From Octopus bimaculoides (lineage: Eukaryota): a stretch of 64,000 bases of DNA. The notes beneath the pieces are model-generated. The model was not told where the DNA came from. It ran no database searches and saw only the letters and a list, made by a program, of their open reading frames with translations. Both the position numbers and the translations under genes were made by a program. The DNA is taken from NCBI RefSeq assembly GCF_001194135.2, contig NC_068997.1:11343918-11407917 (forward strand), read 5' to 3'. This document shows, piece by piece, positions 38,223-52,147 of this stretch (position 1 is the stretch's first letter; each line of letters begins with the position of its first letter).

Positions 38223-38654
38223 ATTTCACAACGGTAGATATACATAACCACAAACTTACACACACATATGCACGTTGCTATATATATATCGGCACCTACA
38301 GAGAAGTAAAAATATGTATTTAACTGCATTGAAAACTTATACGTGTATATGCATAAATCTATGCCCACGCGTAAACACAAAGAATAAATGAATCGACTGA
38401 TATATGTGTGTATATATGTGTGTGTATGTATATGTATGTTTGTATGTATGTCTCTTCTATTTTTTAATTATTATAAATTTTCTACTGACGAGGGAGCCAG
38501 TTTCCAACAATGAAAGACAAGGCTCCAGCTTTGGGATGTACTTAACATAGACAAAATCGGATTCGGCGTAGAAATATATAACACTCTCCCAAATTTGAAA
38601 AGTTTCACTTAATTTTAAAATTTCAAAATCTGCATCTGTGTCTTAAAATTTCAA

Positions 38655-38657
<3 letters not shown>

Positions 38658-38752
<95 letters not shown>

Positions 38753-38870
38753 TTCTTTCTCTCTCTGTCTCTCTCTCTCTCTCTCTGTCTTCCTCTCTCT
38801 CTCTCTCCTACTCACTTCCTCTCTCTCCCTCTCTCTCCATCTTCCTCTCTCTATTTTTCTACCTCTTTCA
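38658..38870. repeat. (CT)n microsatellite and degenerate CT-rich tract
   Basis: Direct reading; explains the poly-RE ORF 38651-39022. Confidence 0.95.
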
Positions 38871-40594
38871 TTTACGCTGTGCTCATTGTAAAATTTCCTT
38901 ATCTCTGTATAGTTACCACACTCTCTCCTACTCTCTGTATACGTATATCTCACACACTGTATGTGTGTATATATGCGTGTGTGTGTTTGTGTGTGTGTGT
39001 GTGTGGCAGTGTGTGTATTCATGTGTGTACGGAATTTAATTGGGCCGATCTAAGAAAAATCCGTACATCTAAACATCAAATGAAATAAACAAAAACTTAG
39101 TTTATATATATAAACATCTATACAGAGAGAAATAGAGAGAAAGATAGATAGATTGAATGATAGAGAGAGAGATACATGCACACACACGAGCACACACGCA
39201 CACATAAGCACCCACACACTCACACACACACATATATATATGTATGTATACGTAAGTATATACATATGTATGTGTGTATATATATATATATATGCGTACA
39301 TATATACGTAGATATACAGATATATTAATACATGCATAACTAGATATAATTAGATACATACAGACATAAATATACGAGAAGGCAATTTATTTCTGATATT
39401 TATAGAAAACATCAAGTGTATATCTGTAGACATGCTGAAATACATAATTCTAGAATCGTTATAATTAGCATGTCGAATTACGATTACGAATACATTGATA
39501 TATTGTAATTTGGTTATATTGCTTAGAATATAAAATAGATCACGAATGAAATTTACAGATAAGTTTATTCTGAAAACTACCAGTACTTATACAAATGATA
39601 TATGCGTTTAAGTCACTATATAACCATTTGATAAAATAGGATATATGATAATTCCCTCACTAACAAATATTAAACTAATATACTAAAGGATATTAGAACA
39701 AATGTTCTGATTCTATATCCAACCAACAAATATTTTCAGGACCTGGGATGAGTCGTGCAAGTTGCATTTTTCGGGAGCCTCAGTTCAGTCTGTTCGATCA
39801 TGATGCTCGATTTTCCGAGCTGGGCCCTACGTATTATGTTCTTTTTTATAATTGCTTACTGGGGTTTTCGCTCGTTTTGGTCAGCCATATGTCACGTGGT
39901 TACTGCAGATGAGAAATATATCAAGGTGATGTGAACTGACTCAGACACTGCACGTAGGTTTGACCGGGATGACCCGAGAAAATGCCGACAAATATTGGAT
40001 ACAGTGACGCGCAGAAACAGTCCATGCTTCTATAACTGACCGAACCTGATGGATATTATTATAAAATTTAAAATAATAGTCATAAATTGGTTAGCAGTTA
40101 CCGTATGGATATTCATGGATATAAGTTAATATAGAATATTAGCATAACCAAAATCATTTGAATAATTTAATAATCATTCCCTAGTATGATAGGTGAATTA
40201 AAGTAGAACTGATGAGGTGTAGCCATATGGAATCACTGGAAGCAAATTTTATTTCGAATATCATATATGACACTGTCTGCAAGTTGATGTTTGATAGGGT
40301 TCAGTACCCTTCTTACGACATCTATTTGTCTATTTGGTTATCATATTGCTGGACATATGATATGAACAATAAATATGAAATCCAGGAGATTATGGGAATT
40401 AAAATTAAATTATTAATGAACATTATATAATTGTGAGAGTAGGCACTAACGACTTGTACGTCATATTTATATTTTGTCATGCTATATTTTAACGTTAACT
40501 CCTATATGTCGATTGCGTCCTTTGTACATTCCTATGTCAATTTTAGAATAGTTACGGTTGTAATTGGTATAAAAGGGTAAAGAGTAAAGACATC

Positions 40595-40895
40595 CTTCGG
40601 TCATTAATGACCATGGGATTGCACATAGAAAGGTACCCTCCGAGGCTTAAGTCTGGGAAAGGTTGTTCATGAAAGATTAGCAGTCGCACACGTATACCAC
40701 CTTCCTCTCTCCACACCGCCCATGTTATCAAATGGAAAGGTAAAGGTCAAAAGAGTTTCGCACCAGTGATATGGCAACTCATCTCCACAGCTAAGCGAAC
40801 TGGAGCAAAGTGAAATAAAGTGTCTTGCTAAAGAACACAACACACAGCCCTGTCTGGAAATCGAAGTCACTACCTCATGGTTGTGAGCTCAGAGA
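40595..40895 (-). mobile_element. SINE family C (tRNA head with LINE-like 3' tail)
   Basis: Reverse strand has a B-box-like GACTTCGATTTCC and TTAGCAAGACACTTTATTTCACTTTGCTCCAGTTCGCTTAGCTG, followed by a GC-richer body ending ...CCCATGGTCATTAATGAC. The family assignment is from recalled cephalopod repeats. Confidence 0.7.
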
Positions 40896-43619
40896 TTGCA
40901 GTTATCTAATACTTACATGTGTCCTTATTTTCGGAATAGGTTGGGAAATCATAAGAGAATAACAATTTACTTTTACAAAATGGCTGTAATAAGTTATAAT
41001 AACCATATAGTGATCCAATATTTCACTGCCTATTAAAGCGCTGCTTTAGAAAGATTTCATTAACGCTAGTTGTCGCACATTGCCTATAATCCATTATATT
41101 CGAAACAAACATTTCCTATTATTTGATCTTTTAGTTACTCAAGCTGGGTTTGACAGAATTTTATTACAGCTATTAATAATTCAATTCATTTCGGCTAATA
41201 GATTCAGCTAGAATAGCAACAAGATTTAGCGTAGTTCACTACGATGAATTTGTCGCAGAAGTATTAGTGATGAGGCGGCTATTGTCCTTGGACATTTTAG
41301 GCAACGGTGCTTTCATTTGTATGTAGTATGAAAGATTATTGAAAGTAATATCCACATTATATATTTCCGGCACGAAATGTTGGTGAGACATTGTTACTAG
41401 AATTGTCTACAAAGCAATATTAGTTTATTACCTTTTTCTTTCTCTGACTGTCTCGTGAAACGCGCCACGAGGTAATCCTCACAAGAATATCTTCGTAGTT
41501 TTGATTTATCTATTGTACTTATGTTATTTCTTCACTTTCAGATTCATCTCTTTTCTGAGCATATACTTTTGTTTCTTTCTTCGAAATTTCTTGTTACCTT
41601 TATGTCTTCATTGCAACGTTCTTGCTAAATCCTTCGTCTCCTTTTCTCCACTTTGCATGTTTCATTCCTTTTATTCATTTTTTCTAATATGATAGATGTT
41701 GTTGTTTCGAAGTCATGACCAAATATCCTTTAAAATGTACTTTGCGTTCTGTAATACTCTGCTATCACATATTATATTTTTAAGATGATATATAAGAATT
41801 TTGTAACAGCTATAGGATATAAATATTTCAACTAGCAGTGTTAAAACGTGTCTTCTGTAACTTTTTCAAACGTATTTTTACTCTCTATTTCCATGAAAGA
41901 TAGATGATCAATATATGCTATACTCTACATAAGAGTACAGTGAGGAGAATATGAAATTTCGGAGTTAATAGTGAAATTCTTTAGTACTTGGTTGTTTTCG
42001 TTATACTGAAACACCAAATCAGGAAGTCACCATTGATTAAATATATATTCGTGTAAGGTCATATTTAATACAATCGAGTGCATTCAGACGTGAAAAGAAC
42101 TTTCCCTGCGAAAATAATCCACGGATTTAAACGATTGATTTGGTTTTTGTAACTGATTAAGCAGTGAAGTATGCATCTTAGAAATCGATGATTCCTATCA
42201 TAACCCAGAAAAAAATTGTTTCACTCATGTCTAGGGTCATTTTCTCCCTGGAATTGTCCTTTTTTTTTTACTTATAGTCATGTAATTAAAGAGAAGCTAT
42301 CTTACTAGCAATATTTTACCTTACTTTTAGAAACATTTTGTGATATATTTAAGCATTTTGCTGTATGTCTCAGTATAGAAAATTCTTGATCTTCTCAAGA
42401 CCTTTTAATATGAACGCCAATATATTACATCTCGCAATGTTATCTTAAAACAAGGAAAAATCTCGTTGCCAAATTCAACGAATATAATCATTGTACATGA
42501 AATATACTAGATTTTAAAAGCTGCAAAATCTTTCATCAGTCTTTTTAAGTGACGGCGTGTAATCAACACTGAAAATAGCAGCAGAAGTATAAAAATTTAT
42601 TTTGACTAAAGATATTTCTTTGAAATTTTGCTAATTAATCTTTATTTTGAATTGCCCTAATTCGTACATGTTAGTGGAAAGTTTCTACTTTGAATTGTCT
42701 TCATTAATAATATTATGAAAATTTACCATCATTCATTCATTCCACGTGCAAATATTTCTGTATTTTACAGTCAGTCGCAACTTATCGACTTTATATTGTG
42801 TTAAAATAATATCTTGCAGAAATGGTGCTAAAATAATTATCATTCAATAATTACTGTCGATAAGAGATGTTGGTGGTTGGATGATGCATACCTCACATTT
42901 CATTAGGTGCCAGTTTCGTACTCTTGTCGTTTAATCGATAAACATTGACCTCCATTCACTCACGTGTCGAACTCAGCTAGCTTTATGAACTTACCATGAA
43001 AACTGTAAATTTATAAAACGAAATATAAAATTCTAACTATGCCTGATACTCGTTATAAATAAATATAACCAATAAGACTGTCGTGTATAGCAAAATATTT
43101 CTGATTTTCGCTTACTAGGTTGATTTGCCATCGGTGCTTTTAGCAAACACATTTTTGAATTATTACATGAATCATTCATTATACATTGAAGCGTTTAAAA
43201 CCTAACGGCACACTATAACTAATGGGCATCAGAAACAGACCAAATATCTTTCAAAAACGTTACTATATTTGTTCTTAAATTATTTTTGCTACTTAAAATT
43301 CAACCCAACATTATCGACATATTGAAAAGTAAGACAGATAATGACACTTAAGGGATAAATCAGGCGAAACGTTGTGTAAACTTGAATATTACGAATGACT
43401 GTTTCGTCTCTAATTAGGGGATTGATTATCGGAGAAATTACAATTGTATAAGTAATATCTCATCTCAAACATTAACAAATTTAATTTCTCTAGGTCTTTC
43501 AAAAAACCTCCATCCTTTATGTTGAAAAGTTGGAATGTTAATCAGTATTAGAATAACTTATTGAATATTCATTTTAAATATCAATTTATAGATAATGGAT
43601 TCTAAACAACTTCCCTTGT

Positions 43620-44480
43620 GCATCGAAAGACTTTGGTCTGAGCTTGTCCATCACCCAATTCGTAACCATCCTCTCGCTGTTGATCCTACTGTATATGTTG
43701 ATGGGAAAACTTTTAAAAAACTGTTTACTGCTTCACTTATCTCGGTTCCGCTGTGTTCAATGATGTAAAAATGGATAAAGAAATCCAGTCCAGAATCGGC
43801 AAGTCTAGCTCCGCTTTCGTTAGACTTTATCACAGGCTATGGAACAGCTACGATGTATCGTTGAAGATGAAAGTTAATGTATATAAGTTGGTGGTCTTAA
43901 GAATATTGCATTATGGTGCTGAATCTTAGACTTTGCATTGAAAGCACATACATTAGCTTGACGCTTTTCATATACGATGCTTGCGTACCATCTCAACATA
44001 AAACCGAGCAACCGTATTTCTAACTGTGGTACTTACAAAATGCAACGTATCAGGTGTTGAAGCCATCCTCATGAAAATACGGATTAGATAGTCAGGACAT
44101 CTCTCGCGTGTGAGCGATATCAAAATTCTGACGCAACTTCTCTTTGGCCAATTCCCAACAGGAAGATCAGTTGGAGGCTCACCATTGCGCTTCAAAGACA
44201 AACTAAAAGAAAACCTGAGACGAAGCAACTTTCCCTTTCCTTCCTGTCAAGACAAAGCATCAGAACGCAGGAGCTGGCGCTATTCTTGCTTCTCTGTAGT
44301 TCAAAAGTTTCAGCAAAATCGACTCCATCACAGGGACCAACTTTGTGCAAGCATGAAGGCACGCTGGCAAAACACTGCTCCTCTAAATGGAAACTTTACC
44401 TGCCATTGTGGTTTTGTGGTACGAAGCAAACCAGGCCTAGCTCTCCACTCAAGAAAACGCGTAGTAAATAATCCATAAGC
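43620..44480 (+). mobile_element. RTE-clade LINE, 5'-truncated 3' end (RT C-terminus and terminal C2H2-like knuckle)
   Basis: Translation across shifts: FTYLGSAVFNDVKMDKEIQSRIGKSSSAFVRLYHRLW...KVNVYKLVVLRILHYGAES*T...LDAFHIRCLRTI...RIR*SGHLSRVSDIKILTQLLFGQFPTGRSVGGSPLRFKDKLKENLRR...ASERRSWR...FTCHCGFVVRSKPGLALHSRK. Confidence 0.92.
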
Positions 44481-45127
44481 ACTCAAGTTGTTCCATTTGC
44501 CAAACGTTTTGTAAGGCACCAGTAAGCCTCAAGAGATACATTCGTAGCCATATAACACGATCAATGCTTTATTTTATTGAACTTTCATTTATCATTCATG
44601 ACATATACCCCAGTGCTGCATTTCCCAAAGCGCTCTTTTAAAATGTTACAAAATGACACCACACTGTCAGTATGCATCAGAAATATATCATACAAAATGA
44701 GAACTATATTACCTCCTAAGGTCTAATTTTCTGAAAATATCAAGCTGCACTAAGGCCAAAATATACCACTTGCTCTTAAATCGACAAATACGCATACACA
44801 GATAGGTTTTTTTCTATTTTTCCTCTTTTCAATACAAATTCTTAGTCTTGAAATCTAGTCTGACTTTCCGTAGCAAGCTATCACAATAAAAGTTACATAT
44901 ATTTACTTCAGATTAGCCTGATTTATCTAAACTAAACCACTTCTACCGACTCTGTAATAATCCTTGCATTCACCAATAAAATCCTCAGGTTTTAATTCTG
45001 ATAGTTGATAATTCAACAACAATCAATAAGAAAGAAATACATTTAGTTCGGATATACGATTCAGAAGAAATTTAACAGAATTCACCTTAAACAGACTAAA
45101 ACATTGCGTGCTTGCAGAATCGTTAGC

Positions 45128-45170
<43 letters not shown>

Positions 45171-47309
45171 NNNNNNNNNNNNNNNNNNNNNNNNNNNNNN
45201 NNNNNNNNNNNNNNNNNNNNNNNNNNNNNNNNNNNNNNNNNNNNNNNNNNNNNNNNNNNNNNNNNNNNNNNNNNNNNNNNNNNNNNNNNNNNNNNNNNNN
45301 NNNNNNNNNNNNNNNNNNNNNNNNNNNNNNNNNNNNNNNNNNNNNNNNNNNNNNNNNNNNNNNNNNNNNNNNNNNNNNNNNNNNNNNNNNNNNNNNNNNN
45401 NNNNNNNNNNNNNNNNNNNNNNNNNNNNNNNNNNNNNNNNNNNNNNNNNNNNNNNNNNNNNNNNNNNNNNNNNNNNNNNNNNNNNNNNNNNNNNNNNNNN
45501 NNNNNNNNNNNNNNNNNNNNNNNNNNNNNNNNNNNNNNNNNNNNNNNNNNNNNNNNNNNNNNNNNNNNNNNNNNNNNNNNNNNNNNNNNNNNNNNNNNNN
45601 NNNNNNNNNNNNNNNNNNNNNNNNNNNNNNNNNNNNNNNNNNNNNNNNNNNNNNNNNNNNNNNNNNNNNNNNNNNNNNNNTATATATATTTAGGTATACA
45701 TATTAGTACCTGTCTGTTGGTGTGAGTGTATGTGAGCTTGTAAAATTTTATATCACTCTGCATTTTAGCTTGGATCTTTGGTTACATATATATGTTTGTA
45801 TGCGTGTGCCTGTGTGCCTAAGTATATTTTATACAAACACATCACACATATGTACATATAGCCAAGGATATATATTTCATAAATGCATATTTATACACAC
45901 ACCCGTGCATGCATACGTACATATACCCTCTAGGTGTATATCTATATAAAAGTTTTGCGTAAATATTCTCTATTATGTTAAAGGATGTGTGATTCCAAGT
46001 GTGTCAGTTGATATATTTAGTTCATTAATTCCTCTCTCGTACAATGAAATTATACTGTTCATGGAAACTTCGGGAAGCCATAATGTGTTTAATAGAGCAG
46101 AACAACGTTCCAAGTGCTGGCAGGAGGAAATATTGACTACGCGTTAATTAGCCATGAAACAGTTTCCCTCGTGTAAATAAGTCATACTAACGTTTTTTAC
46201 TAAATATTATACCATCTCCGTACTCGGTTCTGAACTTTTTATCAACGAACCAATACTTCCGTACGCCATTTAGAATTTTGCTAATATGCAATCGATTGAA
46301 TGTAGCATATATTTGTTTAATAGTACCAATCAACACAAACAATATCTCTTTCAGTGAGAAACATGATGCCATTTGCTTTCAGTAGAATTATACTTTGCAT
46401 TATATAAATGTTGGTAATGGAGTGTGAATCAATAAAAATCACATTATACAGGTATCCGTATTATTTTAGTGACGTTCGGCAACTCACCATGATAACAATT
46501 TTACACTTTGCTGGACATAATTTTCTCGGCTATATGCAAGTAATTGACCACTATGACACATAACTATTACTACTTGTAGTTTTCTGAATTTCTAAACTTA
46601 ACAACCTCTCCATATATCTTACTCAAATCAAAGAACGGATATCTCTGTGTTTCGAATTATGAGATCGAAATAAATATTTGCATTTCTGTATACAATGAAT
46701 TTCAAAATAAATTGGTCAACAAAGTCTGTCATTTTATTGCCTAAGTGACAGAAACAAAATTTAGAATATATCTCCTGAAAAGCAATTAGTATATGGTATT
46801 AATTAATTCATTAGCTCATTTTAAAATGTCCTTTCTAATTTGTGCTGTAATATCTTAGGCACAATTCAAAAAAGTAGGTGTCAGACTAAAACTAAATAGA
46901 TATAGGCGTATTTATATGCGTGTGTTGTGCGCGCACGCGTGTTTGTGTGTGTGTTTCTATGTACGAATAAGATATACTGTTCATATTCAAATCATGTGAG
47001 CTATTACGAACTATTATTATTCCTAGAAAGTAAAAGTCGTATTTGTTGCTGAATGTAATTCATTCTTTACTTTCATGGACATTCTTACCTTATGAATCTA
47101 GTCATCAATTTTAAAAGCAAGTATGCCTAATGGCGCCCCTGCTGTGACAGTGCTGGTTATTTAGATGAGAAAACCTACTTACAATATATTATTCTACAAA
47201 ACAACGTCCTTTTTTGCATTGTCATGTAACACAAAATGGCATTTCAAAATAATCCACTTGCTTTAAACTATTCACGCAACGGTATTATTATTTTTTTTGT
47301 TACTTGTTT

Positions 47310-47715
47310 CAGTCCTTTTGACTGTGGCCATGCTGGAACATCACCTTTAAGTCGAAGAAATTGACCCACCCCGCGACTTATTCTTTGTAAAGCGGGTACA
47401 TATTCAATTGGTCTCTTTTATCGAACCGCTAAGTTACGGGGATGTAAACACACCAACAGCGGTTGTCAAGTGATGGTGGGTAATGGGGAAACACAGACAC
47501 GAACACACACACNNNNNNNNNNATATATATATATATATATATATATTTACACGACGGTCTTATTTCAGTTTCCGTCTACCAAATCCACTGACAAGGCTTT
47601 GGTCGACTCGAGGCTATAGTAGAAGTTAGTTGCCCAAGATGCCACGTAGTCGATCTGAACCCGGAACCATGTGGTTGGGAAGCTAGCTTCTTACTACAGT
47701 GATGCCAGTGTCTAT
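47310..47715 (-). mobile_element. SINE family A, full length with an internal microsatellite and small gap
   Basis: Starts TTACTTGTTTCAGTC..GACTGTGGCCATGCTGGA (tail) and ends CTGAACCCGGAACCATGTGGTTGGGAAGCTAGCTTCTTAC (reverse tRNA-like head, B-box GGTTCAG). Confidence 0.9.
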
Positions 47716-49302
47716 ATTTAAAATATCATAATAAATGTATGGACGTTTGGTATTTTAGTTTAGATAAAAAGAATAAACCTCGTGAAATCATTGTTTGATA
47801 GATTTGGGGTTTTGCTTTCCTTTCGAATATATGCAGCTATCTCATTGCTAATACATAATCACATCATATTTAAATGCTTTATTTCAAAATTCTCGTTTTC
47901 TACACCCGAAAGTTCCAGGGAGTCTTTGTATATATCACTCCAGTAAATTTACTATTTTCTTCAAATGATTTATACCAACTTCCTTTGGATTGCTTTCATT
48001 CCCATTGATGACTATTGGCAACGTAAATTTCCGTCGATCGTGGATAGCTTTTAGCATAATTGCCGCGAAGACATGCATAACCTAAAAATGGAACCATAAT
48101 ATGGCCGTTTGAGCAGAGCTAAATTAACGAGGAAATCTCTACTTAGTCTTTTGTTATAATAAAATTAAGATGTAAAACGTTCCTCCTATCAAATCACAGT
48201 CTCAAAATAAAGCAAAAACACATTAAAACAAAAAAGCAAATTTAGGGCAGGAACGGATTTGAACATAAGACTACTCAGTCTGGTTTGAGCTATGGTTAAA
48301 CTATATCAAAACCGACAACATTTCTCAAAGACAGCTGGACATAGCTACTTGACCTTTTAGAAATAGCACTTCAAATGGCATTTTAAATAACGAAAGAAAA
48401 CGTTAGGCACTGTAGTTCTCGATTTACCCACAAGAATACGAAATCATATCGAATAAAATACCTTTGATCCTATTTGTATTCAGTTGCATTTAACTATGGG
48501 CTAAACAACGAAAAAAACCAACACCTCCAAAATGACTAATTTAGTTAGTATTAGATCACAAGATCTCTTAATAAATGTTCCTTTCATCATTTGCCGCTAA
48601 CACCAACGTATAATGTACAATGAATCTCTTCAGAATTTCGTTTAATATTTCTAAAGTTATGCAGCTATGTTGTTTGTAACACCGTTCTCATAATCCGCTT
48701 ATAAATTCTAGCATTTACAGTATTACATGAACAAATGCAATCAATAATTCCTTGATACTCCATTTTATCTATTACACAAATAGCTTCAAATTCTTTTTAA
48801 ACAATGTAAATATGTATTAAACCATCTATTCAGACAATAAGAAATAATGGTAAATACGTAAGGAAGTGTTATGTTACTTTTCTATCGCGCAAAATGTAAT
48901 GACCGGAATATGTTTTAAACCCTTTTGTTAAGCCACTCTCTAATATTAAATAGATCGAGCTTGCTGAAAGCTGTTCTATTTGCACTAGTTTCCGATTTCC
49001 AAATCATGGATATAAACAAATAACGATGTGCTATGTGCAAGAAAATCGATTTGAAGTAGTTTTACTCCGAATAGTGGACAATATTCGGAAAATACACAAG
49101 GATGATTCTGTTGATTTGATTTCGGAACATTTACCTTTCACATTATTTCTATGCATTTCGTTTATAATTAATAAATGCAAATAATGCTCGTACGAATACC
49201 AAAAAAAAAACATAATATTAATATTGATTTTTAAAATACACAGTGCCTTACATACAAAGCAAGTAAAACATTTTCTCGTACGCGTTACCAAACCCTCGCC
49301 CT

Positions 49303-49319
49303 AATATAATAATAATAAC

Positions 49320-49359
<40 letters not shown>

Positions 49360-49377
49360 GTAATAATAATAATAATA
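49303..49377. repeat. (AAT)n microsatellite
   Basis: Direct reading; directly precedes the REL-type fragment. Confidence 0.95.
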
Positions 49378-49380
49378 CCA

Positions 49381-49640
49381 AGGTTGTGGTCAATGAAGAA
49401 AGTAAACATGATGCCAATAATAACTGTGGCACTTTGAAGTATCAGCACTCAGCTACCAACATGGCTGAAAAAGTTTGGTGCAAGTGTGAAGGTAGAACAG
49501 CTACAGAAATCGGCATTGCTTGGTATTGAAAGAATTCTTCGCAGGATTCATGAACCATGTAGCTCTATATCTGAAGAAAACACGGATACTGAGCGAGTTG
49601 GTGAATAAATGTCGTGTTACTCTGTCATCGTGAAAGATCA
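49381..49640 (+). mobile_element. 3' fragment of a restriction-like-endonuclease non-LTR retrotransposon (R4/Dong, HERO or NeSL-like)
   Basis: In-frame RLWSMKKVNMMPIITVAL*SISTQLPTWLKKFGASVKVEQLQKSALLGIERILRRI matches the C-terminal 'VxPIVIGALG...LQKxALLGTARILRK' signature of REL elements; GGA>TGA stop at the GALG position. Confidence 0.82.
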
Positions 49641-50776
49641 CATTTTGGTGGCTGTAAGTCTTATATCAAACTGGTATTGCACCTATGAACAGAGAAAAGA
49701 TAGTTATTTTAGAATGTTCTCTGACCTGTTCGAAAAAGCCTAGAGTTTTCCTGATAAAAGTCATTGTACATCCTAGCCCTTAACCTATAGAGTGTTTGCA
49801 TCAATTGCCTACCATACACATTGCTTAATTTGAAGGTGGCTTTCTCGATCTAAGGAACTATTTGAACTTGGGCTGCTAAAAATATTTGATGTGTCACCCT
49901 TCAAATGTCGCAAGGTTTTCCTCATGCCGTATGTTCACATCGACCACAACATTCCGAACCCTTTGCATGTGAGAAATATAGTCTCGTTTCTTATTGGTTA
50001 CTATATATGGATGATTAGCTTGAAGTTATTTTTGGTTTGAAAGCGATAGAGTCGAGAAAATTTGTATCCATGTAAATTGCTAATGGCTTATATGCAACAG
50101 ACGTATTCTCATACATTGGGTCTTACATGGGATAAGTTCGTTAATCCCAAATCAGTATAGTTATCCATGCTTAGATATATTCTACAAATGCAAGCATTAG
50201 GCATGTCCGTACATTATGTGCGCAAGTCTAAATTTACTGTAATGTTTTACAAATTTGATATAGTCTTCTAAATTGCAATGTCCTTCAATAAAGTAAAATA
50301 GATTCTGATGCTGTATCTTCAAAACTCCTGGAACACGATGATTGCTATTAAGGAAGTGGCTTCATTCAAGATGTCAAGGAAAGTTATTAAATAACGGTTT
50401 CTATCAATTACATATATTGGAAGTGAATGCAATACGAAAGTAGTTGCCTAGATAAGTTTGCATGAAAAGAAGAATTTGCGTGAAAAGAAGAATTACCACT
50501 TATGCTGTTTCTAGGACTTTTTGCTTAGTTGTGATATGGTGTTCCACAAGAATATATAAATGTCCCCACTCGCCAAAGAAGAAGAAAACAAAACATAAAG
50601 CGCATTAACATACGCCAACTTCTGTTTGCTGGCGCCCCAGACAAGCTGATCATTGATGCCAAATTGAAAAGGTATTTGATGATAGGAAAAGTTTGAAAAG
50701 AAATCGAATTGATTTTGTAAATTATTTTATTCCACTGCGGTATGGCTGTAATCGTAGATCTGAAACAAATGTTAAT

Positions 50777-51600
50777 ATACTTTACTACAAGGCGTTAAGC
50801 TGGCAGAAGCGTTAGCACGCCGGGCGAAATGCTTCGCGGTATTTCGTCTATCGTTACGTTCTGAGTTCAAATTCCGCCGAGGTCGACTTTGCCTTTCATC
50901 CTTTCGGGGTCGATAAATTAAGTACCAGTTACGCACTGCGGTCGATGTAATCGACTTAATCCGTTCGTCTGTTCTTGTTTGTTCCCTCTATGTTTAGCCC
51001 CTTGTGGGCAATAACGAAATAGGTATTTCGTCTGTCTTTACCTTCTGAGTTCAAATTCCACCGAGGTCGACTTTGCCTTCCATTCTTTCGGGGTCGATAA
51101 ATTAAGTACCAGTTACGTACTGGGGTATATCTAATCGACTGGCCCCCTCTCCAAAACTTTCGGGCCTTGTGCCTAGAGTAGAAATGAATATACTTTATTG
51201 CTAAAGCAGTGAGCTGGCAGATTCATCAGTACACCAAGCAAAATGGCAAGCGATATTTCCTACGTCTTTACGTTCTGAATTCAAACTCAGCCGAGGATTG
51301 ACGTTGTCTTTCATTCTTTCGGGGTCGATGAAATATAAGTACCAGCTAAGATTTTAGAGTCGATGTAATCGATTTATTCCCTCCTCCTAAATGATTGGCA
51401 TTGTGCCAAAATTTGAATCCAGTTTACTCTGCTACTACGGTGGAGATCTTGCAGAATCGTTTGTACATGAAGTAAAATGCTTAAACCCATTCATATTATG
51501 TTGAGGTTGGCTTTTCCCTTCACCCTTCCCGGATCGATAAAGCAAGTATCAGCTAAGCGTTGGGGTTCGATATATTTGACTAACGCCTTCACCGAAATGA
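50777..51600 (+). mobile_element. Head-to-tail stack of SINE family B units
   Basis: Units at about 50789-51021, 51022-51190 (headless), 51203-51420 and 51437-51600 share TTCTGAGTTCAAATTC..CCGAGG..GACTTTGCCTTTCATCCTTTCGGGGTCGATAAA..AAGTACCAG (last unit much more diverged). Confidence 0.9.
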
Positions 51601-52069
51601 GCTTATAATAAAATAGACAATACATTTTTCTCTACTACATCGTTGTTTCCTATAACAGTAAAGTACAAATGGCCAGAAATAGATCCACTATTACACAGAA
51701 AAAATAACAATATGAAGGTCACCAAATTAACATGTAGCATCTAAAAGATAAAATGATATATATATCCGAAAAGATTTTTACAAATGAAATGTTCTCAATC
51801 ATTTGTCATGCAAATTGTATATATAAAATATATGTTGTATTTATAATATACTTTGTCTTAAATTTCGTTCCATAGCTTATATTCAATTATCGTACAACTG
51901 TCTATAACAGAATATGACATGGAATTTGGTCGATAGTTTATCATTCAATTGGCATACAATCTAAATGCTATATGTATAATAATCTTCGATTTTGTGTCGT
52001 AGTTACGTGATACACAAGTAGATTGTTTCAGTACAATATTATAGATTATAAACACACACATCACACATA

Positions 52070-52086
52070 TTTCTATCTATCTATCC

Positions 52087-52146
<60 letters not shown>
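52070..52146. repeat. (TATC)n microsatellite
   Basis: Direct reading. Confidence 0.95.

Positions 52147-52147
<1 letters not shown>

Noticed and set aside
38484-38520. CTGACGA-GGGA-GCCAGT-TTCC-AAC, a third hammerhead-like core
   Set aside because: Lacks GAAA, a palindromic stem III and a cleavage triplet, and has no supporting repeat context.
46487-46600. Minus-strand ATG|GTGAGT donor with a possible 42-nt exon
   Set aside because: Weak acceptor, no recognisable peptide, and within chance expectation.
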